Shown in pieces: positions 29,293-39,830 of a stretch of 64,000 bases of DNA. How positions within the stretch are numbered: position 1 is the first letter of the stretch; each line of letters starts with the position of its first letter. Location of the stretch: IMG/VR virus record IMGVR_UViG_2684623128_000006, positions 1 through 64,000 of that record; one strand, 5' to 3'. Both the position numbers and the translations under genes were made by a program. The DNA is from a virus. Its lineage: Duplodnaviria > Caudoviricetes. The notes beneath the pieces were generated by a model. The model was given only the letters and a program-made list of their open reading frames with translations. It made no database searches and was not told where the DNA came from.

Positions 29293-32200
29293 ATGAACAC
29301 TGACTTAACCCGCAGTATTGAACAGGCGACAACAATCGATGAACTGGTACGCCAGTTTGAAGCCTTGCTCGCTGTCGATATTAGCGACACTCCAAAAGGC
29401 CACCAGCGCCTTAAGGCTAACCAACTAGCCAAAGATATTCTCGCCAAGTACAACGGCGACTACTCCAACGTTTCACCCGAAGATAAAGCAGCTCTGCGCG
29501 ACTACACAGGTTTTGGCGGTATCGGTGGCTCCACCAACGAATACTACACGCCTAAATGGCTGGCGAGCGCGACTTGGGATGCAGTTCGTTCCTATGACTT
29601 TACTGGCGGTAGCGTACTTGAACCAAGTTCGGGCGTGGGCGTATTTAGCGAAACCAAACCTAAAGGCACCCTGACTACATCGGTAGAAATGGATCAGACC
29701 TCAGCGGCCATCAACCAAATTCTTCACCCCGAAGACCATGTAATCCAATCGGCATTCGAAGCGGTAGCAACTAATCCTGGCATTGGCGACTTTGACCTAG
29801 TGATCGGCAACCCGCCTTATGGTGTTCGAGACGCTAGCGCGATGAAAGACAAAGCGTACAAAGACATTAAGTACGCTGATCAGTATTTCGTTTCTCGTTC
29901 TATCGATAAAGCGAAAGCTGGTGGCTTGATTGCCCTAGTGCTGCCAACTCGTATTTGTGATGCGAAAAACCTTGAGAAGTGGCGTACACAACTCGCGCTT
30001 AAAGCGGAGTTTTTGGGCGCGCACCGACTACCAACGGGCACGTTCGCTGATACGGGCGTAGTAACTGACCTTGTTATCTGGCGCAAACACAGCGACCAAG
30101 CGAAAGCACTGATTGATAGCGCCGACCGTGACACGCTGATTGAATCTAACGTACTTTGGGACACTTGGCTCAAAGGTAAGTGGTTCGAGCGCGAGGGTAA
30201 GAAATTCATCAACGGCGAACAGACTGTTGAGGGCGTAGGTAAGTTTGCGCGCAAAGTCGTGAAGCGTGGCAACCGTTCTAACGATGATATTAAAGAGTCG
30301 TTAATGCGCCGCTTTGACAGTCGCATTGATTGGATGTTACTCGATGAAGCGGTTAGCGAGCCAGTGAGCGCGAAATACTCCGATGGAGACACGATGTTCC
30401 GCAATGGCCAGCAGTACGAAATGATTTATGGCGAATGGGAGCTATCTGAAAGCAATGCGAAAACAGGCGTTATCAGTAAGGCGACCTATGGCGTAGATAA
30501 CACCGATGAGATCGGTTCTATCACCTACTCTACTGAATCGATGCTTAAGCTATCGGCCAGCCAAGCGCTCAAGCTTTTCGAAGATTACGGTTACTTGTGT
30601 CATGACGACTTTAAAGCCCTAATGCGCGAGATTGCCAAGCTGCCAAAAGCAAGCCAAGAACACGCTTACAAAGGCATTCTACTTGGCATGAAAGTTCAAA
30701 CACTTGCAACGCTGGTTGCTGGTAGCCGAACGACATCCAATAGCGACTTGGCCAACATGGCAATGGGCGCGGAGGACTTCCAGACCGAACAATATCGCGT
30801 GAAGTTAAGCGGCGAAGTGTTAGAGCTGAACGCACTAATGGGCGGCTCTAAGGTATCGAAGAAAGCGCTAAGCAACTTAAGCGAGAAGTACGTCTCTGCA
30901 TGGAATTACTACCACTCATCGATCGATTCTAAGGGCAAACTGTCTGACCTACTCAAAGGCGACCTTAAGCGTGAGCTGACCGTTCAATACAGTTCGTCTC
31001 GCATTGGTGACGTGTTCCATCTATGTGACCGTGAACTAGGCATAACCACACTGACACTGCATGACGTTCGCACGTATTACACCGCAAGCGGTATCGATGC
31101 GATGAGCGATGAGCAGTTGCTTGATTACCTAGCGAACATGGATGAGGTAGCGGTAAATCCTGACGGCACGGTGACGGCATTCCACAAAGCGACGACTGGC
31201 CTAGTCGGTAAGCGCATGGATCAGCTAACCACACAATTAGTATCGGCCACCAGCGATACCGTGAAAGCTAACATCATGCGCCAAATCCAAGCCATTGAAT
31301 CTAAGCGAAACAAGATCTCGATTGCCGATGTGAAGATGAAGCTTACCGATAAGTGGATTCCTAAAAACATCATGCTTGAGTTCCTGCATGACCGTGGCTA
31401 CACGGAATTTATCTTGGGCGACTTTACCGAGGATAAGGACGGCTTTGAAGATTTCGTGCAAAGCGAATCCGGCCAATACCTTACTGGCTACCGTTGGCGT
31501 GATGGCGAATGGATTGATGGCCTAACTCGTAATGGCGTGAAAGGTAAAGCAGCGAACAGCGATGAGCGATTTGAGCGTCAAATTGAATCGTACATCAACT
31601 ATGGTGCGGTTCGTGGCGGTAGTAAGAACGAAGATAAATCACTTATCCGTGAACAAATGCGCCGCCTCGATGATGAGTTTTCCACATGGATTGCATCATC
31701 TGACCATTCAGAATACTTGGAACAGGTTTACAACAATACGTTTAACGGTTGGATTAAGCCGGAGTTTGATGACTCACCACTAACGCTAAATGGCGTATCT
31801 GGTGCGATTGAGTTCCTACCTTACCAAAACTCAACGATTCGCCGTCACAGTGCAGACGGTAACGGCATTATTGCCTTTGGTACTGGCTTGGGTAAAACGC
31901 TCACTGGCCTTGGCCTCGTGCAGCACAACCTAGAAACCAAACGCGCCAACCGTGTGGCCATCGTTGTTCCTAAATCCGTGTTAGAGAACTGGTTCTATGA
32001 GTCCGACCTGTTCTTTGGTGAAAGCAATCTATCTGACAAGGTATTTATCGGCCTTGAAGTTCACAAAGACGATGACGGAAAAATCATTCGGGAACCGGTA
32101 TTAGATGAAACGGGCGAACCGAAGTTAGACAAGAAAGGCGGCCCTATCTTGCGCGCCAAACTGACCGTAGACACAAACGGCAAGCGCGTAGCAGAACAGC

Positions 32201-35200
32201 TCCACCAGCTTACACAGTCAACCGCTCGCATCGTGGTAATGACAAAAGACGTGTACAACCGCATTCCATTGAAGCCGGACACCATTACGGCCAACGTGCT
32301 TGAAATGCGCGATGCTGGTTTGATTGCTGGTTCAAGCAAGCTAGTTAAGGAAGCGGAAAGCCACACAGAGCAAGCGAAGAACGCGCGCTTTGAAGCGAAA
32401 TATGCTGACGATGGTACGGCCAAAAACGAAGAACTACCGTACTTTGAGGACTTGCTGTTCGATTCGGTTATGGTCGATGAGGCGCATGATTTCCGCAACT
32501 CGTACAAGGGCGGCTCATACCGAAACAATCTGGCATTCTTGCCTAGCCAAGCGCAAGCCGATCGCGCTATCGATATGCAGCTTAAGAACAACGTCATTAA
32601 GGCTCGCAATGACGGTCGAGGCGTTTACTTCCTAACAGCTACGCCAACCGTAAACAGCCCTGTTGATATGTTCAATATGCTGTCCCACATCATTCCGGCA
32701 GACACGTTTGCCAAGATGGGGATCTTTGACAGCGACGACTTTATCCGCATGTTTGGTAAGACTGGCGAAGCGCTGGTTACTAAGATTTCGGGCGAAGTTG
32801 AACAGCGTGAAGCCCTACTCGGATTCCAAAACCTAGACGCACTTCGAAACATCGTTAACCGCTACATGACGATCGAGGATGCTAAATCCGTTGGTGCCAA
32901 CGTTCACATTCCTGACCTGATTAGCCAGCAAAGCGTTGTCCAAATGAATGGCGAACAGGAAGCGCTATATGAGGAACTACGCCAGCGCGCTGACGCAATC
33001 AGTAATCCAGACAAAGACGAAAACCAAGAGATTGTAGAGCAATACCCTAACGACACGGTTTTCGGCCTAATCCGTAAAATGGACAAGGTAAGTACAGACC
33101 TTGATTTGTACTATGAGCGTGTTACCTACCGATTCGCCAAGGACAACAAAAAAGAGGTTGAGGCGGCAGTAGCTAAGCTACCAAATACCGTCACGGTCGC
33201 TTTTGAGGATGTGGCACCAGACGGCACGGTTAAGCTAAGCAAAATCCAAGTTAAGGTTGATAAGAGCGTTAAGGTCGAGGGCGATCACTGCGTGGTTCAG
33301 CTCCACCAGCAACTTGATGACCGATTCACAAACATTTGTGACAAGGCCAAGTTGAAATTTACGCACCCTGTCTCCCCTAAGTACGCCAAGTTCCTTGAGA
33401 ACGCGCGCGAGATTTATCTGGCTGGCGGTAAGCAGCTTGTCTTTACCGAAGAAAAAACACAGCACAAGAAAGTCGCACGAATCATTGCGGATTTTGTTGG
33501 TTGTAAGCTGTCTGAAATCGGCATTTTGAACAGCGATACCGTTGCGGGTAAGAAAGGCTCTAAAGCGACTGAGGACGATGAGGAAGCGGGTTTGGAAGCA
33601 ATGGCCAATGCTTACAACACCTCGAAATACAAATTCATGATCCTCAATAAAAAAGGCGAAGTCGGCATCAACTTGCATCATGGCACAACCGATATTCACC
33701 ACTTAACGCTACCTTGGACTCCAATGAGTATCACACAGCGTAATGGCCGTGGCGCGCGTGTTGGCTCTAAACAAAACAGCGTGAACGTTCACTACTACAC
33801 GTCGAAAGGCTCATTCGATGATTTCCGCTTGGCCACAATCCAACGCAAAGCCACTTGGATTGAGACAATGTTCAAAGGTGATGAAAAGTACATTGCGAAC
33901 GCCGATGCAGACGCAGCCGACGAAACTGCAATCATGCTGGCAGCAAATCCAGAAGAAGCGAAAGCCCGTATCGAAGCGGCTAAGCGTCAAGCTGAGCGCA
34001 AGCGCAAATTAGAGGAACGCCGACTAGCAAGTATTAACGTCAGCAAGTACATCAAAGCCACCCAAATGCTTGCTTTGGATGTGAGTGCGGTTGAGGGCGA
34101 GTTGGCCGAACTACGCGAGAAGTTAGAGCCACTACGCAAAGAGGTGGAAGAAGATCGCCTACGTGCAGAGGGCGAGAAGCGCGGCAGTTGGCAGCACAAA
34201 AACTACCAACGCACCAAAGGCAGACTGTTTGCGCTAGAAAGCCAAATCAAAACCTATGAGGCAGCGATCAAAAACCGCGACAAAGCGAGCGATACCATCA
34301 AGAAATTGAAACCAGCAATGGAGCTGGCCATCAATGACGGTGTGTTAAAGGATTACCCTGACTTCCTAACTCATCCAGAGTTGTACATTGTTCGCAACGG
34401 TGTGATTGTGCGTAATGGCTACACCTACAAAGCCGAAGTTAAGAGCCGTTCTTGGAGCGCCGAGTACGATTCAAAAGCAACAATTATGATAACCAACTTC
34501 GACCGTAAATCTGGCACGGTGGACGGCTTTATTACTGAAATGGACGGCGAACCAGCGTCACGCAACTATGTCGATCTACCTGTTGAGCGCATCATTGAAA
34601 TTGCGCCAGTGAATCAGGATAGAGCTGCGCTAGAAGCAAAAGCGCTCCAAGGTATACCACTAAGTGAAGTCGCTCATACGTTTGACCGTGAGACGTTCTT
34701 TGAACTGGTCGCAGAAAAGAAAATGAAAGCCTACGGTAACAGCCGCCGTTGTTTGGTGCGCAATGCTGACGGCTCATTCTCTACGCCGTGGGGACTGGAT
34801 GTTGAACCAGACCAAACGCTGATTTATCCAGATGCGAGCGATAAAGCGATCGTGAAAGCCCTACTCGACCAAGTAACCAAGCAATTGGAAGATAAAGGTC
34901 GCGTGATGTTGGAACTCGACATTCTAAGTTTCTTTATCGGTAGCGATTGGGACAAACAGGCGATGGAAAACGGCAACCAAGTGAGCGAACAGGAAGTTGT
35001 TGAACTGGTGACACTTGAGATCAAAGCATTCGAGGAAAAATACCCTGAGCTTTATCAAGAAGCGTTACTGAAAGCAGAGACGACTTACAAAACGTCTATC
35101 ACTTTCCTTAAAGAGCTAGATAACCATCTAAGCAATTTGAAATGGACAGGTTACACCAACGCACACGAAGCGCGCCGCCTATCGGCTCGTGAGTTCACTC

Positions 35201-36012
35201 GTTACACCGATATTCTGACCGAACGCTCTAGCGAATACCGCACAGAGCTGGAAGATAAGCTATTCGCTGACTTCACTAAGCTGGTGGCTAACGACCCTGA
35301 CCGTGCGAAACGTCTATCACAGATCGCGTACTGGATGACGCAATACAAACCAACGACCGATACTCACCTACTGAAAAAGGTCGATGCGATTTACGGCGAA
35401 AACTCACAAGAAACCATGCTTAAGGTATGTGCCGACCTACACGCTATTGGCGAACGTGAGTTCCTATCCGGTGATGGCCTAATCTTCTCGGATGACTGGT
35501 CATTGAATCGCATGAAAGGTGCGTATGGTTCGCTATTCACTTATCGCAGCGCACAGCGTGAGGAATTTATCGAGAAGTACCTAAATGCGGATAAGCCGGA
35601 AAAGGCCGAGGTTAAAGTGACCGAAACGCAGAAAGTGAAAATCGATAATATCTCTGCCATTAACGTAGAGAGCATCGAGAAGTTTAGCGAACTAATGTCA
35701 GGCATTGGCATCGACGTTAAAATGGTGACTTCACCAATTAGCTGGAAGCCTAAGCGCGGTCGCAACCGAAAAGAGATTGTTGTAGAGCCATACGAGCGCA
35801 TTGGTTTGATGGACAACAATGGCCTTAAAGGTTCGCTTAAAGTGATGTTCGCTGGTGACAAGGAAGCTAAGGCCGAGTACGGCGCTGACTTCGCATCAAA
35901 CGCAAGCAGTGAATTTAATGGCGGCTGGTGGTTTATCTCTGCGAAAGCGGATTTGGAATTGCTAGCGAAATCGCTATTAACCATTCATAACACAATGGCC
36001 GAAGCTGCCTAA
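29293..36012 (+). CDS. darB: DarB-like antirestriction protein (N6-MTase plus SNF2 helicase)
   Basis: EYYTP, VLEPSSGVG, IGNPPYG; GTGLGKT, VDEAH, TATP, QRNGRGAR; 2239 aa. Confidence 0.92.
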   Translation: MNTDLTRSIEQATTIDELVRQFEALLAVDISDTPKGHQRLKANQLAKDILAKYNGDYSNVSPEDKAALRDYTGFGGIGGSTNEYYTPKWLASATWDAVRSYDFTGGSVLEPSSGVGVFSETKPKGTLTTSVEMDQTSAAINQILHPEDHVIQSAFEAVATNPGIGDFDLVIGNPPYGVRDASAMKDKAYKDIKYADQYFVSRSIDKAKAGGLIALVLPTRICDAKNLEKWRTQLALKAEFLGAHRLPTGTFADTGVVTDLVIWRKHSDQAKALIDSADRDTLIESNVLWDTWLKGKWFEREGKKFINGEQTVEGVGKFARKVVKRGNRSNDDIKESLMRRFDSRIDWMLLDEAVSEPVSAKYSDGDTMFRNGQQYEMIYGEWELSESNAKTGVISKATYGVDNTDEIGSITYSTESMLKLSASQALKLFEDYGYLCHDDFKALMREIAKLPKASQEHAYKGILLGMKVQTLATLVAGSRTTSNSDLANMAMGAEDFQTEQYRVKLSGEVLELNALMGGSKVSKKALSNLSEKYVSAWNYYHSSIDSKGKLSDLLKGDLKRELTVQYSSSRIGDVFHLCDRELGITTLTLHDVRTYYTASGIDAMSDEQLLDYLANMDEVAVNPDGTVTAFHKATTGLVGKRMDQLTTQLVSATSDTVKANIMRQIQAIESKRNKISIADVKMKLTDKWIPKNIMLEFLHDRGYTEFILGDFTEDKDGFEDFVQSESGQYLTGYRWRDGEWIDGLTRNGVKGKAANSDERFERQIESYINYGAVRGGSKNEDKSLIREQMRRLDDEFSTWIASSDHSEYLEQVYNNTFNGWIKPEFDDSPLTLNGVSGAIEFLPYQNSTIRRHSADGNGIIAFGTGLGKTLTGLGLVQHNLETKRANRVAIVVPKSVLENWFYESDLFFGESNLSDKVFIGLEVHKDDDGKIIREPVLDETGEPKLDKKGGPILRAKLTVDTNGKRVAEQLHQLTQSTARIVVMTKDVYNRIPLKPDTITANVLEMRDAGLIAGSSKLVKEAESHTEQAKNARFEAKYADDGTAKNEELPYFEDLLFDSVMVDEAHDFRNSYKGGSYRNNLAFLPSQAQADRAIDMQLKNNVIKARNDGRGVYFLTATPTVNSPVDMFNMLSHIIPADTFAKMGIFDSDDFIRMFGKTGEALVTKISGEVEQREALLGFQNLDALRNIVNRYMTIEDAKSVGANVHIPDLISQQSVVQMNGEQEALYEELRQRADAISNPDKDENQEIVEQYPNDTVFGLIRKMDKVSTDLDLYYERVTYRFAKDNKKEVEAAVAKLPNTVTVAFEDVAPDGTVKLSKIQVKVDKSVKVEGDHCVVQLHQQLDDRFTNICDKAKLKFTHPVSPKYAKFLENAREIYLAGGKQLVFTEEKTQHKKVARIIADFVGCKLSEIGILNSDTVAGKKGSKATEDDEEAGLEAMANAYNTSKYKFMILNKKGEVGINLHHGTTDIHHLTLPWTPMSITQRNGRGARVGSKQNSVNVHYYTSKGSFDDFRLATIQRKATWIETMFKGDEKYIANADADAADETAIMLAANPEEAKARIEAAKRQAERKRKLEERRLASINVSKYIKATQMLALDVSAVEGELAELREKLEPLRKEVEEDRLRAEGEKRGSWQHKNYQRTKGRLFALESQIKTYEAAIKNRDKASDTIKKLKPAMELAINDGVLKDYPDFLTHPELYIVRNGVIVRNGYTYKAEVKSRSWSAEYDSKATIMITNFDRKSGTVDGFITEMDGEPASRNYVDLPVERIIEIAPVNQDRAALEAKALQGIPLSEVAHTFDRETFFELVAEKKMKAYGNSRRCLVRNADGSFSTPWGLDVEPDQTLIYPDASDKAIVKALLDQVTKQLEDKGRVMLELDILSFFIGSDWDKQAMENGNQVSEQEVVELVTLEIKAFEEKYPELYQEALLKAETTYKTSITFLKELDNHLSNLKWTGYTNAHEARRLSAREFTRYTDILTERSSEYRTELEDKLFADFTKLVANDPDRAKRLSQIAYWMTQYKPTTDTHLLKKVDAIYGENSQETMLKVCADLHAIGEREFLSGDGLIFSDDWSLNRMKGAYGSLFTYRSAQREEFIEKYLNADKPEKAEVKVTETQKVKIDNISAINVESIEKFSELMSGIGIDVKMVTSPISWKPKRGRNRKEIVVEPYERIGLMDNNGLKGSLKVMFAGDKEAKAEYGADFASNASSEFNGGWWFISAKADLELLAKSLLTIHNTMAEAA

Positions 36013-36067
36013 CTCAAATTTTCGCATGCGAAAAGTTCTCGCATGCGAAAACTTTTTGGAGACAACA

Positions 36068-36493
36068 ATGATTACCCAAGTGAAATTGCCTACCGTTGAA
36101 GATCTACAGCCCTTACTCGATGAGGCGCTAGAAACAGCGCAAAGCAAAGAAGCATTTATCCAAGCTCAAGTAGATGGCATTTACAAAACACTTAAAGCCA
36201 ATCCGCTCATGTACCGTCACTATGGCGCTTATTGGTGGGCGGTTAAATCGCTCATGGCCAAGCATGGTTATGACCTTGGCAGCGATTCAGAAGTGATCAC
36301 AGAGCAACACTTCAATTTCGAAGACCCTGCGATTTTGTTGTGTGCTGCGTGGGCGTACCAGCAAGAGCAAGTTGATAAAGGCTACTGGCAAGCAAACCTA
36401 CATACCTACTACGTCGATGATGAAGAATTTGAATATTCTATCGAGGACGTAAATCTCGAAGCGTGGAGTGTTAACAGCAAATCGATGCGTTAA
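36068..36493 (+). CDS. ulx: Ulx-like protein (Dar incorporation factor)
   Basis: NPLMYRHYGAYWWAVKSLM matches recalled P1 Ulx; directly follows darB. Confidence 0.78.
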   Translation: MITQVKLPTVEDLQPLLDEALETAQSKEAFIQAQVDGIYKTLKANPLMYRHYGAYWWAVKSLMAKHGYDLGSDSEVITEQHFNFEDPAILLCAAWAYQQEQVDKGYWQANLHTYYVDDEEFEYSIEDVNLEAWSVNSKSMR

Positions 36494-36996
36494 GTTTTCG
36501 CATGCGAAAACTTTTTCTCATATGCCCGTCATTTTTGGCGGGTATTTTTTTGCATGGAATTTGGTAAGAAGTTCTCGCATGCGAAAACTATACGGAATGG
36601 GATGTTTTAAAGTTCTCGCATGCGAAAACTTTTGAGATAGAAAAAATAAACCCCGCCACTGAACAAATGGCGGGGATTGCACGTTGAACAGATAAGCTTT
36701 GATGCAATCAATCCTACCCCTAATAGTTTTGTTGCCGCCTATCTGTAATTTAATGTATATGAAATAATTTTCATATTCAACAGGTTTTTCAATATTTTTT
36801 ATTAAAAACAATGAATTATGCAACTGGGTGCTGTTCCCTTCTTATGCCTGTTGACGCTGCTCTTTGTAACCTAGTTAAGTAATAGAATTGTCAAAAAGTT
36901 TTCGCATGCGAAAACACATGGAATCAATCTCACAATTTATCTGATGTTCTCGCATGCGAAAACTTGTGCAATTGGTTCTGTTTGTTACTTTTTTTC

Positions 36997-37049
36997 TTGT
37001 ACTGTTGCTACTGGCAACGTATAGTGTGTACATGTTGCCAGTGACAACA
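36997..37049 (+). promoter_or_regulatory. par operon promoter with inverted-repeat operator
   Basis: TTGTAC-17 bp-TATAGT; IR TGTTGCTACTGGCAAC (37003-37018) / GTTGCCAGTGACAACA (37034-37049). Confidence 0.65.
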
Positions 37050-37065
37050 ATCGAGAGGCATTGAT

Positions 37066-37305
37066 ATGGCATCCAAGGAACGATGCGAAAGATTAAATCA
37101 ATTAGTCCAAAAGGCAGGAAGTACCAGAAAAGCCAAGCAGCTCATTGATGGCGTTAAGGGTGTAAGCCCTTGCCACACTGCTATTTACAAAGCAATGCAC
37201 GGCGGCGGTACAACTGATTACGTAGTTCAGTGCTATATCGAGGATCTTGAGGTAGCACTGAGCAAACCAAAACAGCAAACAAATTCCACCAGCAAAGGAA
37301 ATTAA
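37066..37305 (+). CDS. Small HTH-like protein, probable par-operon regulator
   Basis: 79 aa, first gene of the operon, GAGAGG RBS. Confidence 0.65.
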   Translation: MASKERCERLNQLVQKAGSTRKAKQLIDGVKGVSPCHTAIYKAMHGGGTTDYVVQCYIEDLEVALSKPKQQTNSTSKGN

Positions 37306-37308
37306 TTA

Positions 37309-38082
37309 ATGAGCATTATCATGGCGATTGCCAACCAAAAAGGCGGCGTTGGTAAAACAACTTGTACTTACAACTTTGGCATTAGCATCGCTAGCCAAGG
37401 CAACAAATGTCTATTCCTGGACTTTGACCCACAAAACAACTTAGGCGGCTCAATCGCACCGGAAATGGTCGAGAATCCAGAGTACACATCTGCGAGCTGC
37501 CTACACAACGCTTACAACCTTTTTGAAAATCCAGTAAAGGCTAAACCTTTCGAAGTCAGCGAAAACGTACACGTTATTGGCGGCGATAAGCGCATGGGTA
37601 ACATTACTCAATCACAAATCTTAAACGTGGCTGAGTCTATCGACCTTATCAAAGACGACTACGACTATATCTTTATCGACTGTCCACCAGCGGCGAACGC
37701 GCTACAGCATGCAGCGCTACTTGTGGCCAGCAAGCTACTTATCATTAGCCAAGCACAAAAAATGTCGATCAAAGGCGTTAATGAGCTGGTTAAGACCTCG
37801 CGCCAAATCCGTCGAATGAACCCTGACTTGGAAGTATTAGGCATTGTCCTAAACCTTATCGAAGCCAACATTACAAACGACCAGCGCGAACAGGAAGCGG
37901 AACTTCGTAAAGAGTACGGCAACCTAGTTTTTGAAAACAAACTGATTAAAACAACGCGCGTAAGTGAAGCTCTAAACCAAGGCAAAGCACTGATTGAAAC
38001 CAACCCTAAAGCGGCTGATAAATTCGGCTTTACAGCGGTTTGTGATGAGCTTTGCAAGCGCATGGTAGAGGTGACAGCATGA
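37309..38082 (+). CDS. parA: ParA Walker-type partition ATPase
   Basis: NQKGGVGKTT, DFDPQ, YIFIDCPP. Confidence 0.96.
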   Translation: MSIIMAIANQKGGVGKTTCTYNFGISIASQGNKCLFLDFDPQNNLGGSIAPEMVENPEYTSASCLHNAYNLFENPVKAKPFEVSENVHVIGGDKRMGNITQSQILNVAESIDLIKDDYDYIFIDCPPAANALQHAALLVASKLLIISQAQKMSIKGVNELVKTSRQIRRMNPDLEVLGIVLNLIEANITNDQREQEAELRKEYGNLVFENKLIKTTRVSEALNQGKALIETNPKAADKFGFTAVCDELCKRMVEVTA

Positions 38083-38996
38083 CCAAAAGCTTAAGAGATC
38101 GAATCAAGCTTAGCGACCTAGATAATCTCTTGGATGAATCAGCGGTAGAAATCCGCGATGCAGCGAAAGTGCTGGCTATCCCTAAAGACTCTTTGTATTC
38201 AGTTGAGCAAGTTCGTGAAGAATTTAACGATGAATCACTACTTGAGTTATGCGAAAGCCTAGAAGAAAACGGCCAAATTCAACCTGTCGTTGTTTACCCG
38301 TTCGATGGCAAGGGATACAAAATCCAAGAGGGTGAACGACGTTGGCGCGCCGCTATGTTGAGCGACAAGCTGACTCACGTTGAATGTATTGTCCGTGAAA
38401 AGGGCGATATTTTTGGCCAGCTTATTGAAAACATCCAACGTGAAGATTTAACGGCAATCGAGTTGGGTAAGGCGTTTGACCAAGCTAAGAAAAAGCACAA
38501 TCTTGATAACCGTGGCTTAGCTAAGCGCCTTGGCAAATCAGACGGCTACATTTCGAAATACCTAAATGTGCTTAAAGCCCCTGACTTTGTTTTGGAAGCA
38601 TTCCAAAAAGGGATTATTGGTGATGTAGAGTCCATCAACGAACTACGCAAAGCAACCGTCGATAACTCTGAGCGCGTTCGTGAAGCGCTGGAAAGCGGCG
38701 AGAAGCTAACACGCCAAGATTGTGTAAAACTGCGCACTGGCGAGCTAGATAGCAAGGTGGAAGTTGCACCTCAACCTAGCAAACCAGAGAAAGCAGAAAA
38801 GACCGATAAGACACCAGTAAGCAAAAAGCCTACGGCAAACCAAAAGCCTACCAGCATTTGTGTGATGGTTAATGACCGTCATGGTTTGGTGTTCGCATCT
38901 GGTAAGCATAGCGACAAGCTAACGGTACTGTTTGATGATGGCGAACTTGAGCAAGTGCCAGTTGGTGAAGCTCAATTAGTTGGGTATCGTGTGTAA
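38079..38996 (+). CDS. parB: ParB CTPase/centromere-binding protein
   Basis: GERRWRA, ENIQREDL, HTH LAKRLGKSDGYISKYL. Confidence 0.95.
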   Translation: MTKSLRDRIKLSDLDNLLDESAVEIRDAAKVLAIPKDSLYSVEQVREEFNDESLLELCESLEENGQIQPVVVYPFDGKGYKIQEGERRWRAAMLSDKLTHVECIVREKGDIFGQLIENIQREDLTAIELGKAFDQAKKKHNLDNRGLAKRLGKSDGYISKYLNVLKAPDFVLEAFQKGIIGDVESINELRKATVDNSERVREALESGEKLTRQDCVKLRTGELDSKVEVAPQPSKPEKAEKTDKTPVSKKPTANQKPTSICVMVNDRHGLVFASGKHSDKLTVLFDDGELEQVPVGEAQLVGYRV

Positions 38997-39017
38997 AGTT
39001 CTCGCATGCGAAAACTT

Positions 39018-39350
39018 TTAAAGCGGGTGGCTAATTAGCTGCCCGTTTTTCGTTAGGACGTAATACCCGCCGTCACGGTAGACACCAACCACATAGTGAT
39101 CGAGCGGCACGTCTTGCCAGCCAAATAGCCCTAGTTCGTCATCGCAATAAGCGACGATATTCACCAGCTTTACCTTTTGGATATGCAGTAGATAGATATT
39201 ATCTAGCGCCCCTTTAAATGGCCTGTAGATATACTCGCCATCTTTCCTTAAAGCGGGGATCTCATTCCCTGCGACTGAATGGCCATCGGCAACGCCGTCT
39301 TCGTTTATGTCGATTAGCCCGTAGTGATAACGATGCCTGATAGTAAACAT
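39018..39350 (-). CDS. Hypothetical protein
   Basis: 110-aa ORF with GGGAGTAGGGG RBS. Confidence 0.6.
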   Translation of the reverse strand: MFTIRHRYHYGLIDINEDGVADGHSVAGNEIPALRKDGEYIYRPFKGALDNIYLLHIQKVKLVNIVAYCDDELGLFGWQDVPLDHYVVGVYRDGGYYVLTKNGQLISHPL

Positions 39351-39442
39351 CCCCTACTCCCAAATGCAAAAACGCCAGATTTGACAATTAAATCTGGCGT
39401 TTTTGTGTCTATAAAGGTTGTATAGGCAATATATGCCAAGAA

Positions 39443-39695
39443 CTATTTTATAGCATGCCTCGAAGCGTTTGCAAGTTCGTCCAGTTGCACACTAGACTCG
39501 AACATAAAGCCTGTTTGTACCCCCTCGTTTTCTAGCTCTTGATTTACACGCCCAAGAATATCAATAAGCGATGCACCGCCGCCGCCAAACATATCCCCGA
39601 GCGCTTGGCCTTGGTGAAGCAGCTCACTATTGATTGCCTCGGCCATTGCCTTAAATGCCAGTGTCATGCGTTTTGCGCTTCGGTTGTTCGCAGCA
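39443..39695 (-). pseudogene. ddrB: 3' remnant of a ddrB-like gene truncated by the IS
   Basis: AANNRSAKRMTLAFKAMAE..GDMFGGG resembles the DdrB C-terminus; expected position after darA-ddrA; frame starts exactly at the IS right end. Confidence 0.65.
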
Positions 39696-39830
39696 TTGAC
39701 ATACTCCCCTAGCTAATTCGCTAGGGGATTCTTAGTTCAACACGCTTTCACTAGATAGCCTCTTTTGAGGCTATCCCCGATCCAGTCGCTCCCTAAGCTA
39801 ACCCCGCCAGTCCAGCGGTTTTTATATTCT
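39676..39830 (-). ncRNA. TnpB omega/reRNA scaffold plus guide (guide about 39676-39695; 5' end approximate)
   Basis: Hairpins downstream of tnpB ending in TCAA at 39696; flanking TGCTGCGAACAACCGAAGCG would form the guide. Confidence 0.7.

Noticed and set aside
29880-35984. Numerous antisense ORFs within darB (and likewise within darA, sit and pacB)
   Set aside because: Shadow ORFs of long, codon-biased genes with no independent signals
36019-36963. Clustered palindromic repeats as a CRISPR array
   Set aside because: The repeats are only 18 bp, irregularly spaced and dispersed over 20 kb, and no cas genes are present; parS fits better
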